A program made the translations under genes and the position numbers. From an uncultured bacterium (GTDB lineage Bacteria > Omnitrophota > Omnitrophia > Omnitrophales > Abzuiibacteriaceae), in contig CAYLXA010000004.1 in the NCBI GenBank assembly GCA_964387845.1, forward strand, positions 32,001 to 96,000: DNA of 64,000 nucleotides, written 5' to 3'. Shown here one piece after another: positions 18,344 to 28,305 of this stretch. Every line of letters starts with the position of its first letter. Position 1 is the first letter of the stretch. A model generated the notes under the pieces. The model was not told where the DNA came from. It saw only the letters and a list, made by a program, of their open reading frames with translations, and ran no database searches.

Positions 18344-18370
18344 GTGTGGGTAGAGTTTTGTCTACCCACA
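18344..18370. promoter_or_regulatory. 9 bp-stem inverted repeat (gtgggtaga gttttg tctacccac) upstream of the RHS gene.
   Basis: Read directly. Function unknown (operator or terminator). Confidence 0.3.
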
Positions 18371-18469
18371 GTAGATAAACCGCACTTTTTTGCTCTCCAA
18401 CATTGATTTTGTTTGACAGAGTGTCTATCTTTTTCTCACGAAGCAAAATTTCTTTCGGGAGGAAAGAAC

Positions 18470-21400
18470 ATGAAGCCAAAATCAAAAGCAGTCCAAAAAA
18501 TTGTCGCAGGAATTCTGATCTTCTTTTTTGCGTTAACCGGCATTTTTGAAAATGCTGTCGGGGTCGATTTAAAGAAAGCTTTTGCGCTTCCGGGTTCATT
18601 TTTACCGGTCGCGGGTGCCCTGGGCGACCTCCAATCCCAGGCTTCCGTTGCCAAACCTTTCCATACGGATCTCTTCACGGGTTCCGCTCAGTTTGCAATT
18701 CCGGTTTTTACGCCTCCCGGCCGCAAGGGGATTGCACCCGAAGTTGCGATTGGTTATTCCTCATCGGGTGGTAACTCGTGGCTTGGGGTTGGCTGGAATT
18801 TGGGAAATGAATATATTCAGCGCAGCACGAAGCGAGGCGTGCCTACCTATCAAGACAATCAAGACACATTTGATTTGATGGTAAAAGGTGTTCAGTCGGA
18901 ACTCGTTAAAATTTCTTCTACCGAATATCACGCGCGATACGAATCCGGCGAGTTCATGAAAATCGTATTTCAGAATGATTTCTGGAAAGTCACGGACAAA
19001 TCCGGCACTCAGTATTTCTTTGGGCAAACCGAACAGGCAAAAGACCGTAACTCGCTTGGTATTTTCTCATGGCAGCTTGAAAAGGTGAGGGACGTGAGTG
19101 GAAACACAATTACTTACACTTATACAAAGGACCAAGGCGAGCTTTATCCATCGCGGATTGATTACAATGGGAATGAAGATGAAAATTTTGCACCCACGCA
19201 CTCGGTTGAATTTGTGACGGAGGCAAAGCCGGATATCACATTTTCTTATATAACAGGCGTCAAGGTTTCGAATGCGCGGCGGCTTAAGGAAATCTTGGTG
19301 AAGGTGAATGGCGCTCTTGCGCGGAAATATCTTTTAACGTACGAGCAGTCGCCGGTGGTTGGCCGCTCGCGCCTCAAGACTGCTAAGGAATGCGGAACGG
19401 ACGGCACAAGCTGCCTTCCGCCTACGACTTTTACCTATCAGGAGCAAACGTTCGGTTTTAAGCCGGGTGTGATCTGGAATCAGCCGAACCTGACCTTGCG
19501 AACAATTGCAAACGGCCTCAATACGGAAACCAGCTCGACGGATGATATCGACGGCGATGGCTTCCCGGATCGTCTTCTCAAATTAGACAGTCTTTGCACC
19601 CAACAGCTTTGCCAATGGCAGGCGTTTAAAAATACGGGTGCAGGATTCGAATTAGCGCCTTCTTTGCGCGGACCCATTCAAGGTTGGGCAGACCAAAGTT
19701 ATGCAGCGATTCGTGGTGATTCGAACGGTACTTCGTCGTATGTCAATTTAATTGATATCAACCGCGACGGAAAATTAGACCGTGTCGTGCAGGGGACTTC
19801 CAACAATGTGGGCGGTGGAAATGGTTGGGCGCTTCAAATCAATAACGGCATCGGATTTGAGAATCAAATTTATTTCGGGCCAACGATGGAAAATACTCAG
19901 CTTCGGACCGGCCAATGGTACCACCCAGATGGTTTTGATCCCGATACTTATCGGGTGCTTTGGGATGCGACGGACATGAACAGCGATGGTTTTGTTGACC
20001 GGCTTGCTACCGTCAATAACAACACCTGGGGCGTTTATTGGGGCTCCGGCACCGGTTTTTCTTCTGTGGTTTATAACTGGAATAACGTTCAAGGAACTCC
20101 GAATTGGAATTCCGTCCGCGATTATGATTCCGATACCGGCCACGGAAGCTCTGATTTAATGGATATTAACGGTGACGATTTGCCGGACCGGATCATCGGC
20201 GGTGGGGTTTGGAATCCGGGCGGATCCACCGGATTTGCAATTCAATACAATAACGGACGCAGCTTCGAAAATTTACAGTATCTCGGGATACTTCCTTCAG
20301 GAACAACCTCAGGCGTCACGATGGACATCGACGGCGGTTCGCACAGTCATCCGAACACGACACACATCCTGCTGGATGTAAATCAAGACGGCCTTCCGGA
20401 TCGTGTTAGAAAGATTTCAAATACGCAGTGGAATGTTCATTTCAATACCGGAAACGGGTTTGTCACGAGCGGTGTTGCGTGGGGGCCGATTGAAGGTTTT
20501 TCAGATTCCGATAAAACGGTCCGCCGCACGGAGGGCGATTCGGTCACGGTTGATTATTTTGACATCGATGCGGACGGGTTTCCGGATCGAATCGTCTCCC
20601 ATCCATCCGAAGCCAAGTGGATGGTCCAGCTTGCGTACGAAACAGTGCCCGATCTTTTACGTCAAGTGAATAACGGCAGGGGTGGTGTAACGACGGTGAC
20701 TTACAAACCGGCGACGCGCTATTACAACGGCGGCGGCGATGGAATCGCGGATTTGTCTTTTCCATTAATGACGGTCGAAAGCGTGACGCAGGATGACGGT
20801 TTCGGCAATCTCATCACAACACAATATGAATATGCGGACGGCAAATACAACGCCGCAGAACGCGAGTTCCGAGGCTTTAACCGGGCGCGCGTAATTGATG
20901 CAGATGGTAATTACACAGACACCTGGTTTTATCAAAGCAATCCCTTAAAAGGCAGGCCTTATCTCACAGAAACCCGCGATGTGGGTCAGAATTTTTATTC
21001 CCAAACTTGGAACGAATGGCAAACCATCGAACCCGCCGGAATGTCGGGTGTTGAATATGCTCGCGTGATCAGTACGACGAATTGGATTTATGACGGCAAT
21101 GAGACTTTCAAATTCGGCCAGATGAATTACTTATATGATCAGTATGGCAATGTCATCGAAACTTTAAACTGGGGCGAAATTGAACCGGACGGCTGGAATC
21201 AGTTTACGGGTGATGAAATCCGCACCAAAATTCAATATGCCTATAACACCGCGCTTTGGATTATGGACAAGCCGAAACATGTGGAAACTTACGACAAGGA
21301 TTGGAACCGGCTACAGGAGAGCTGGCTTTATTATGATTCAAACCTGAACTTTCACACACCGCCCACGAGAGGGCTGTTAACAAAGAAAGAAGAACTCATT

Positions 21401-24400
21401 GCTTTGGGAGGTGCGAAAGTCAAAACCGAGATGACGTATGACCCATTCGGAAATCTCCTTACCGTGAAAGATGCGAAAGGATTTGTGACGACGAATGAAT
21501 ATGACCCAACCTTTAAACTCTATCTCACAAAAGTCACGAACACCTTGGGCCATGCGCAGGAATTTACGTACGATCCTTTGATTGCGCAAATTACGCACGT
21601 CAAAGACCAAAATAATCAAATTTCACGCACGATTTACGATCCGCTCGGGCGGGCCGTGAAAGTGATTTCGCCGCTCGATTCCGATAGCGCGCCGACTCGA
21701 GCAACTTTTTACGATTTATCGGTTTTTCCAAACCGGATGGTAAGTTATGTGAAAATAGATTCCGATGCGCCCGCGCTTTCAATCGACGGCAATCCGCACG
21801 CCGGCTACCTGACCAGTTATTCATTCTCAGACGGCTTGGGGCGCGAAATCCAAAAGCGCAGCCCGGCTGAAGCTTCGAATCAACAAGTGGTTTCGGGGCT
21901 TGTTACGTATGATTCGCGCGGGCAGGTGAAGCGGCAGTATGTGCCGTATTACGCCGATTTCCGGACGACTTACGCCACACCGCCCACGAATTTTCCGTAT
22001 GCCGAGTTTGATTACGATGCGGTGGGCCGCAGAATTAAAACCACTTATCCCGACGGCGCATTCGCCACAATTCAATTTGATGATTTCACAAAAGTTCTCA
22101 CGGATCCAAACGGCCACGAAAAGCGCTACACGCAGGATGCTTACGGAAATCTAATCAAGGTCGAGGAGTTCAATCAGAGTCAAACTTACACGACGCGTTA
22201 TGAATATGACCGCTTGAATCGATTAATCAAAACCACGGATCACTACGGCCACGTCACCGAAGTCGAATATGACATGCTGGGCCGCAAGACAGCGATGGCC
22301 GATCCCAATATGGGCATTTGGGCTTACACGTATGACGCTAATAACAATTTGCTTACACAAACGGATGCCAAAAGCCAAACGATCACGTTTCAATATGATA
22401 ATTTAAACCGCTTAACTCGCAAAACCTATCCTGACGGTACGCATATTGACTACACGTATGATTTTTGCCCGCTTGAAGCTTGCGGCTGGCAGCCTGAATC
22501 AAACGTTTCTGTTGGTAAATTAGTCAAAGTCTCTGACCAATCAGGCATTCAAACTTTCCGGTACGACCAGCTCGGCAGAGTCATTCAAGACAAGAAATCC
22601 CTGGATAACGGTGAAGATTACACCTTCACCCGAATCTATGATCCGCAGGGAAGAGTGACTTCCTTAGAATATCCGGATCAAGATATTTTAAATCTTACTT
22701 TCAATAATATGGGCGAAGCTGAAACCTTAACCCTTATCCCTTACTCCTTACCTCTTGTGTCCATTATCCAAAACGTCAACTACAACCCAAGCGGCCAAAT
22801 CACGAAGATTGAATTCGGAAACGGTGTCGTGTCAGACTATACGTATAATCTCCAGACGCTTCGGTTAGAACGTCTCTTAACCCAGAACCAAGCGCAGGTT
22901 ACACTCCAAGATTTCACTTACGAGTTCGACAACGCAGGAAACGTCCAGTCCATCACGGATGCCGTCAACACCAACACGCAATCCTTTCTGTATGATGATC
23001 TAGACCGTCTCACGCAAGCCACGGGAAACTACGGCACCCATATCTTTGAATATAACGCCATCGGCAACATGACCCGTAAACACAATGCCTATTTAAATTA
23101 CACAGACCCTGCACATCCCCACGCTGTCACGCGTTATCAAAAAGGCGCTGAAGTGATTCAATATCAATACGATGCCAACGGTAATATGACCAAGCGCGGC
23201 AGTGATACCATTCTCTATGACTTTGACAACCGGCCCATCCGGATGGACCGTACCACAACCACAGGCGGCTGCGATGTCTATCCCGTGCCGATGGATTATT
23301 ATCAGACAACGCAATCACCCGGAACTGGTGATGACGGCAATGCGCTTCAAGCGCCAAGCCCACAGCCTGTAGCCGGCAGCCCGGGGCTTGTAGCCCGTAG
23401 CCAGCAGCCTGAAGCCGAAAGCGTGGCGCAAGGTAATCGGTCGACTCAAATCATGTATCCTTGTCCCAACCCCGGCCAAACCACCACCCACATGTTCGCC
23501 CAGTATGTCTATGACGCCTCGGGCCAGCGTGTGAAGAAAATCACGGACAACAAAATCGAATATTATCTTGGCAAGGATTATGAACTTAACTATACTAGCG
23601 ACCCGGTAGGAATGGGTTCTTTCTCAACCCGAAAAGCCTTCTTCTTGGGTGAGGCGCGCATCGCGGAATTTGAACAAATCCAAAATGCGGAAGGCGTGCC
23701 CCCGCATATTCGTTTCTTCCACGGCGATCACCTAGGTTCCACCAACATCATCACCAACGAACAGGGCAATCAAACCCTGCTCATGGAATATTTGCCGTAT
23801 GGTGAAGTGAAACTCCGCGTCGGAACAGATCCGGTCCAAAATACTTTCACAGGCCAAAAGGAAGACCTAGAATCCGGGCTCATGTACTACAACGCCCGCT
23901 ACTATGACCCGAAGATCGGTAGGTTCATTCAAGCTGATTCCATCGTTCCAAACGCGACGGATCCTCAAGAGTTTAATCGTTACAGCTACGTCAACAACAA
24001 CCCCATCAAATTCACCGACCCAACGGGACATAAGAAGAAGAAATGGTGGAAGAAGTTATTTAAACGTAAATCCACAAAAGGCGGCTTATTTGGAGCTATC
24101 ATTGGTGGAATTGTTGGTTCGATTGTGCCCGGAATTGGCACTGTCGCAGGAGCAAGTATTGGTGGTGCAATTGGTGGCGGAATTGGCGGCGGAATTGATG
24201 CCGCACAAGCTGGAGGTAATTTTGGTCAAATAGTACGAGGTGTTGTGTCAGGTGCCGTTGAAGGGTATCTGATTGGGCAAGTTATTGGTAATGTTACTGT
24301 CGGGGTCGGGCAATGGCTGGCTGCGATGAAGAATCCCGCAGCAGGTTTTGGGCATTATGGGATAAATGCCAACGATGTGCTCGCGAAATATGGAGGCAGA

Positions 24401-24916
24401 GTCCATATTAACGGAATGGGTGTTCCATACGAACAAGCACTTGCCGATGCAAATAGTCTTGATGCTGCTCTGTTTTATAACCCATCGAATGGCTTTATTG
24501 CAGATTTAACAGAATCAGCTCTACAGAAATTTACCGGGACAAGTTCGTTAGGCAGAGGTTTGCGACATGCGCTTGGCCCTTACGTTGCGCGTGGCGGTGA
24601 AGCAACAATCTTTGCACATAGCCAAGGAGCCTTGATTGCATCAAATGCAGTTACAAGTTCTTTGTTGGGCGGATCGTCGCTTCGCGGCGTAGCTATTGAA
24701 TCTTTGGGTGGAGCTGCCAATTCGTTTACGGCAAAGTTATTTGCTAGAGCTGCCGGAGCCACTTTTAATTCAATAAGTACCCCTAATGATATTGTTGCCG
24801 CATTAGCTCAGCCGGAATTAAATCCAATTAAATTTACCAGAGCCATGGTAGGAGGCATTGCAAGCGGCGGAAGAGATCATGATTTTCGTCATTATCTGGA
24901 GATTAAACGAGGATGA
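18470..24916 (+). CDS. RHS/YD-repeat polymorphic toxin with N-terminal signal/TM, FG-GAP-like repeats (DxDGDGxPDR), YD repeats and a DPxGH RHS core. The C-terminal domain has a Lys-rich segment, a glycine zipper and an A-H-S-Q-G hydrolase-like motif.
   Basis: The start was chosen at the ATG at 18470, which follows a GGAGG site. YD repeats include YTYDANNNLLTQTD and RYEYDRLNRL. The core reads RYYDPKIGRFIQADSIVPN ... NNNPIKFTDPTGH. The tail reads KKKKWWKKLFKRK, GAIIGGIVGSIVPGIGTVAGASIGGAIGGGIGGGI and IFAHSQGALIA. Confidence 0.85.
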   Translation: MKPKSKAVQKIVAGILIFFFALTGIFENAVGVDLKKAFALPGSFLPVAGALGDLQSQASVAKPFHTDLFTGSAQFAIPVFTPPGRKGIAPEVAIGYSSSGGNSWLGVGWNLGNEYIQRSTKRGVPTYQDNQDTFDLMVKGVQSELVKISSTEYHARYESGEFMKIVFQNDFWKVTDKSGTQYFFGQTEQAKDRNSLGIFSWQLEKVRDVSGNTITYTYTKDQGELYPSRIDYNGNEDENFAPTHSVEFVTEAKPDITFSYITGVKVSNARRLKEILVKVNGALARKYLLTYEQSPVVGRSRLKTAKECGTDGTSCLPPTTFTYQEQTFGFKPGVIWNQPNLTLRTIANGLNTETSSTDDIDGDGFPDRLLKLDSLCTQQLCQWQAFKNTGAGFELAPSLRGPIQGWADQSYAAIRGDSNGTSSYVNLIDINRDGKLDRVVQGTSNNVGGGNGWALQINNGIGFENQIYFGPTMENTQLRTGQWYHPDGFDPDTYRVLWDATDMNSDGFVDRLATVNNNTWGVYWGSGTGFSSVVYNWNNVQGTPNWNSVRDYDSDTGHGSSDLMDINGDDLPDRIIGGGVWNPGGSTGFAIQYNNGRSFENLQYLGILPSGTTSGVTMDIDGGSHSHPNTTHILLDVNQDGLPDRVRKISNTQWNVHFNTGNGFVTSGVAWGPIEGFSDSDKTVRRTEGDSVTVDYFDIDADGFPDRIVSHPSEAKWMVQLAYETVPDLLRQVNNGRGGVTTVTYKPATRYYNGGGDGIADLSFPLMTVESVTQDDGFGNLITTQYEYADGKYNAAEREFRGFNRARVIDADGNYTDTWFYQSNPLKGRPYLTETRDVGQNFYSQTWNEWQTIEPAGMSGVEYARVISTTNWIYDGNETFKFGQMNYLYDQYGNVIETLNWGEIEPDGWNQFTGDEIRTKIQYAYNTALWIMDKPKHVETYDKDWNRLQESWLYYDSNLNFHTPPTRGLLTKKEELIALGGAKVKTEMTYDPFGNLLTVKDAKGFVTTNEYDPTFKLYLTKVTNTLGHAQEFTYDPLIAQITHVKDQNNQISRTIYDPLGRAVKVISPLDSDSAPTRATFYDLSVFPNRMVSYVKIDSDAPALSIDGNPHAGYLTSYSFSDGLGREIQKRSPAEASNQQVVSGLVTYDSRGQVKRQYVPYYADFRTTYATPPTNFPYAEFDYDAVGRRIKTTYPDGAFATIQFDDFTKVLTDPNGHEKRYTQDAYGNLIKVEEFNQSQTYTTRYEYDRLNRLIKTTDHYGHVTEVEYDMLGRKTAMADPNMGIWAYTYDANNNLLTQTDAKSQTITFQYDNLNRLTRKTYPDGTHIDYTYDFCPLEACGWQPESNVSVGKLVKVSDQSGIQTFRYDQLGRVIQDKKSLDNGEDYTFTRIYDPQGRVTSLEYPDQDILNLTFNNMGEAETLTLIPYSLPLVSIIQNVNYNPSGQITKIEFGNGVVSDYTYNLQTLRLERLLTQNQAQVTLQDFTYEFDNAGNVQSITDAVNTNTQSFLYDDLDRLTQATGNYGTHIFEYNAIGNMTRKHNAYLNYTDPAHPHAVTRYQKGAEVIQYQYDANGNMTKRGSDTILYDFDNRPIRMDRTTTTGGCDVYPVPMDYYQTTQSPGTGDDGNALQAPSPQPVAGSPGLVARSQQPEAESVAQGNRSTQIMYPCPNPGQTTTHMFAQYVYDASGQRVKKITDNKIEYYLGKDYELNYTSDPVGMGSFSTRKAFFLGEARIAEFEQIQNAEGVPPHIRFFHGDHLGSTNIITNEQGNQTLLMEYLPYGEVKLRVGTDPVQNTFTGQKEDLESGLMYYNARYYDPKIGRFIQADSIVPNATDPQEFNRYSYVNNNPIKFTDPTGHKKKKWWKKLFKRKSTKGGLFGAIIGGIVGSIVPGIGTVAGASIGGAIGGGIGGGIDAAQAGGNFGQIVRGVVSGAVEGYLIGQVIGNVTVGVGQWLAAMKNPAAGFGHYGINANDVLAKYGGRVHINGMGVPYEQALADANSLDAALFYNPSNGFIADLTESALQKFTGTSSLGRGLRHALGPYVARGGEATIFAHSQGALIASNAVTSSLLGGSSLRGVAIESLGGAANSFTAKLFARAAGATFNSISTPNDIVAALAQPELNPIKFTRAMVGGIASGGRDHDFRHYLEIKRG
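23356..23425. repeat. GC heptad array (gtagccN / gcagccN, about 9 units), in-frame inside the RHS gene. It encodes an APSPQPVAGSPGLVARSQQPEAES linker.
   Basis: Units: cacagcct gtagccg gcagccc ggggctt gtagccc gtagcca gcagcct gaagccg. Confidence 0.6.
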
Positions 24917-25260
24917 GAATATACCTAATTGCAACAATTGCTGTTCTAAGTTTGTTAACGCATGGCTGTAGTACAATTTCTTTGTTTATGCCCGCTGATC
25001 GGGAGGAATTGCATCGGTATGCTTTATGGAGGAAACAACAATTAGCTCTATTTGATCCTTATCTAGGAAAGACATCTAAAGAAATTGAGCTCATTTTTGG
25101 AAAACCTAAAAGAGTGGGCAAAACAATGCCTGGCACTTTTGAGCTCCCATATGATTTTGTGTGGGAGTATGAGTTATTGCCAATAGGAGAATCTAAAACG
25201 TATAAATTTTTCTTCAAAGGAGATCGGCTATCGTGGGTGGAAGTGCTTGGTCAGCGGTGA
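24913..25260 (+). CDS. Small lipoprotein-like protein, candidate immunity protein for the RHS C-terminal toxin.
   Basis: Overlaps the RHS stop (ATGA). N-terminal signal with LLTHGCS. Immunity role is suggested by position only. Confidence 0.45.
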   Translation: MRIYLIATIAVLSLLTHGCSTISLFMPADREELHRYALWRKQQLALFDPYLGKTSKEIELIFGKPKRVGKTMPGTFELPYDFVWEYELLPIGESKTYKFFFKGDRLSWVEVLGQR

Positions 25261-25372
25261 ATATATTTCCGAAGAGACGCGTGCCAGGCGCCAAAAGGGT
25301 TAGGTTAACTACAAATGCCTCATAAGGCAGAAACTCATTTCTATTTGACGGTAATAACCGAGAGGAAATTTC

Positions 25373-25840
25373 GTGAAACCAAAATACCTATTTCTATTTA
25401 GCATATTTTTATTAGTAGCCGGATGCGCTAGTTCTAAACAATATGTTCCATTAGCTGATTTATCTCGCCCTGTAGATAATTCGCAAAGCCGGATTATTAT
25501 AGTTCGACCAACCATTTTTGGATCGGCTATACGCATGAAAGTTCGTGAAGGTATCCGCGCCATTGGTGTGACAGGCCCTAATAGTTTTCTTGCGTGGGAC
25601 CGGGAGCCCGGGCGCGCATCAATTGTGAGTAATGCTGAAAATGATGATGTGTTGGATCTCGAATTGGAAAAAGGGCAAACCTATTATGTTCAGCAGCATA
25701 TTCGGATGGGGATTGTTACGGCGCGCAATCAGCTTGAATTGTTGCCTGAAGAAAAAGGAAAGAATTTCTTAAAAAAGTGTAAACCTCCGAAAGTTGAATT
25801 GAAAGAAGCATTAAAAGACGATTTTGTTTCGGTTCACTGA
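25373..25840 (+). CDS. Lipoprotein, hypothetical
   Basis: GTG start. Lipobox LLVAGCASS. Confidence 0.5.
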   Translation: MKPKYLFLFSIFLLVAGCASSKQYVPLADLSRPVDNSQSRIIIVRPTIFGSAIRMKVREGIRAIGVTGPNSFLAWDREPGRASIVSNAENDDVLDLELEKGQTYYVQQHIRMGIVTARNQLELLPEEKGKNFLKKCKPPKVELKEALKDDFVSVH

Positions 25841-25863
25841 CGAGTCTAAAAGGAGAGTGAAGA

Positions 25864-26289
25864 ATGTATAGTTCTAAAATGCGGTTTATGAGTTTGTTTT
25901 TGTGCTGCACCATGCTGAGCGGTTGCGCCACCATGTTTGGAAGGCAACATGACGAACAAGCCGTCACGTTTGATTCTAACGTTCAAGGCGTGGATGTGAA
26001 TTGTTCCGGGAAGCGCACCGTAACTCCAGGAAACATTCCCCTTATGCAGAGCAAAAATCATTCGTGTACTGCAGAAAAATCCGGATATGAGAAGAAGGCT
26101 TTTCAAATCAAATCAGGAACTTCATGGGCTGGTTTTGGTTATTCAACAGCAATCAATGGAGCTCTTTGGGGTTGGTGGACTCTTGGGATCGGAGTCGGGA
26201 TTGGCTGGCTGATTGATTGGCCTTCCGGCGCCATGAGAGATTTTAAGGAGGATAGTCTTTATATTGAAATGAAGCCTGTAAAGATATAG
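25864..26289 (+). CDS. Lipoprotein with a C-terminal Gly/Trp-rich membrane segment, hypothetical.
   Basis: Lipobox MLSGCAT. Motifs GWWTLGIGVGIGW. Confidence 0.5.
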   Translation: MYSSKMRFMSLFLCCTMLSGCATMFGRQHDEQAVTFDSNVQGVDVNCSGKRTVTPGNIPLMQSKNHSCTAEKSGYEKKAFQIKSGTSWAGFGYSTAINGALWGWWTLGIGVGIGWLIDWPSGAMRDFKEDSLYIEMKPVKI

Positions 26290-26364
26290 CGATCGGCTCT
26301 ATTGACCCTCCCACACACCTAATCCCCCCTTCATTTTTATCTGGAAGTGACGATAACTTAATAC

Positions 26365-26470
26365 AATTTCAAAATTCAAATTTCAAATCTCAAAACACTG
26401 TAAATATTGAGCATGCCTTGAGTTGGGCAGTTCTTGAATTTTGATATTTGAGATTTGAATTTATTCTGTT
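26365..26470. repeat. AT-rich inverted heptad-repeat element, copy 2 of 4.
   Basis: aatttcaaaattcaaatttcaaatctcaaaa ... ttttgatatttgagatttgaattt. Confidence 0.6.
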
Positions 26471-26494
26471 ACCATATTTCACCGCGGGGTTCTC

Positions 26495-26881
26495 ATGAAA
26501 AAGCTTCTGATCGTGGACGACGAAGAGGATATTGTTGATTTCCTGAGGGAATTTTTCGAAAGCCGCCCCGAAAAGTACGAAATCAAAACCGCCCACAACG
26601 GCCCCGATGCGCTCAAGATTTACCAGTCGTTCATGCCCGACTGCATGCTCCTCGACATCAAGATGCAGCAGGCGAAGGGCAAAATGAACGGCCTCGACGT
26701 CCTCCGCAAGGTCCGCCAGACCGACGCCAAAACCAAAATCATCATGGTCACCGCGATGGACAGCCGCGAAATGATCGGCGAAGCCATCCAGGCCGGCGCC
26801 AACGACTACATTGTGAAACCGCTCTACCTTGACTACCTGGAAAAGACCGTCCTCGCCAAGCTCGCCGAACCGGGGAAATGA
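26495..26881 (+). CDS. Response regulator, receiver domain only (CheY-like).
   Basis: LIVDDEEDI, LLDIKM, KPL receiver signature. Confidence 0.8.
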   Translation: MKKLLIVDDEEDIVDFLREFFESRPEKYEIKTAHNGPDALKIYQSFMPDCMLLDIKMQQAKGKMNGLDVLRKVRQTDAKTKIIMVTAMDSREMIGEAIQAGANDYIVKPLYLDYLEKTVLAKLAEPGK

Positions 26882-28305
26882 TCTACGCGATCGGATCTTT
26901 TGCGATTACGGTTTTTAATTTCATTCTTTGGTTCCTAACCTTTTTTGGCCGCAAGTTAAGCGACCTTGCGCGCGCCTATTTTTGGTGGTCATTTTTTATC
27001 GCAATTTGGGCGTTCGGTTACGGCATTACGCTCGCCGGGTTTTTTGATTACGGCACAACGCTTGCCTGGAACCGGTTTTGCCAGTCGATGGCAATGCTAG
27101 TAGCGCCTTTCTTCTTTAAATATTGCGCGGTTTTGATTGACGAATATCCGAAATACGAAAAAATATTTCTTTCATATCTGACGCTCTCGGTCCTGATCGC
27201 CGCGGGCATTTTCGCAACGCCGCATTTTATCAGCGACCTTTGGTCATTCGGCATTTACCGGTATCAACCACTGGCCGGCCCATTTTATTTCCTGTATGTC
27301 AGCTTGTTTGCGCTTTGTGCGTTGCATGGATTCGCGCTTGTTTTGTCGCGATATAAGCAATTCGATGGCATTAAGAGAAGTCAAGCGCGGCTTTTTTTGA
27401 TTGCGACAGGAACATCTTATTTTGGTGGTTTTACACTTTTCATTCAGGCGCTCAGGATCCCACTTGATTCTTTTGGTATTTTTCTCGGCTTGACTTACGT
27501 GCTAATTACCGGCTACGCGATTCACAAATATCAATTTCTGGATTTTCCATCACTATTACGCACCAAAGAAGTCGTCGCGATCCACAATGAAAAACTCATG
27601 CTGCTCGGATTATTCTCTTCCAGTATTAATCATGAGCTCAAAAATCCTTTGTTTATGCTCCGCGAATTTGCGAAACGCCTTTTGACGATTGAAGCCGTCG
27701 CAAAGGGCGGCGAAGCGTCCGATATTGTCCGCAAGATGTCTGCTCAGATCAACCGGATTTCGGAGCTTGTGGAGCGTTCGCGCGATTTCATCCGGCCTGG
27801 CGGCGAAAATGCAATTGAGGATATTGACCTCGGGCAAGTGGTGGAAAACGCTTTGTTTTTTGCATCGACGGAGATGAAGTATCAAAATATCGAAGTCAAA
27901 ATTGATATTCCCGAAGGTCTGCCGGTCTTGCGCGGCGACAAAAGCCAGTTTGAAGTCATTTTTTTGAATTTGATTGTGAACGCCTATCACTCTATGCCGA
28001 ATGGCGGGAAATTGACGATTGAAGCACGAAGCGTCCCTCACCCTTTATCCCTCTCCCTCAGGGAGAGGGAGGAGCGAAGCGAGGGTGAGGGTGGTATTGA
28101 AGTAATCATTTCCGATTCCGGAACCGGTATCTCAAAAGAAAACCTCAAAAATATCTTCAAACCCTTCTACTCCACCAAAGGCAAACAAGGGACGGGCCTT
28201 GGCCTCCATATTGTGAAAACCTTGGTCGAACAGAATGGCGGCAAAATCTCAGTCGCAAGCGAAGTCGGGAAGGGCACACAATTCAAATTGGAATTTAAGG
28301 CATGA
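26878..28305 (+). CDS. Membrane sensor histidine kinase, paralog 1 of 4. Carries an in-frame REP-like insert in the HATPase loop.
   Basis: Multi-TM N-terminus. H box HELKNPL. N box NAYHSM, G1 SDSGTGI, G2 GTGLGL. Insert at 28035-28091. Confidence 0.8.
   Translation: MIYAIGSFAITVFNFILWFLTFFGRKLSDLARAYFWWSFFIAIWAFGYGITLAGFFDYGTTLAWNRFCQSMAMLVAPFFFKYCAVLIDEYPKYEKIFLSYLTLSVLIAAGIFATPHFISDLWSFGIYRYQPLAGPFYFLYVSLFALCALHGFALVLSRYKQFDGIKRSQARLFLIATGTSYFGGFTLFIQALRIPLDSFGIFLGLTYVLITGYAIHKYQFLDFPSLLRTKEVVAIHNEKLMLLGLFSSSINHELKNPLFMLREFAKRLLTIEAVAKGGEASDIVRKMSAQINRISELVERSRDFIRPGGENAIEDIDLGQVVENALFFASTEMKYQNIEVKIDIPEGLPVLRGDKSQFEVIFLNLIVNAYHSMPNGGKLTIEARSVPHPLSLSLREREERSEGEGGIEVIISDSGTGISKENLKNIFKPFYSTKGKQGTGLGLHIVKTLVEQNGGKISVASEVGKGTQFKLEFKA
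28035..28091. repeat. REP-like GC palindrome, in-frame in HK1. Encodes PHPLSLSLREREERSEGEGG.
   Basis: ccctcaccc tttat ccctctccc tca gggagaggg ... gggtgaggg. Confidence 0.8.
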
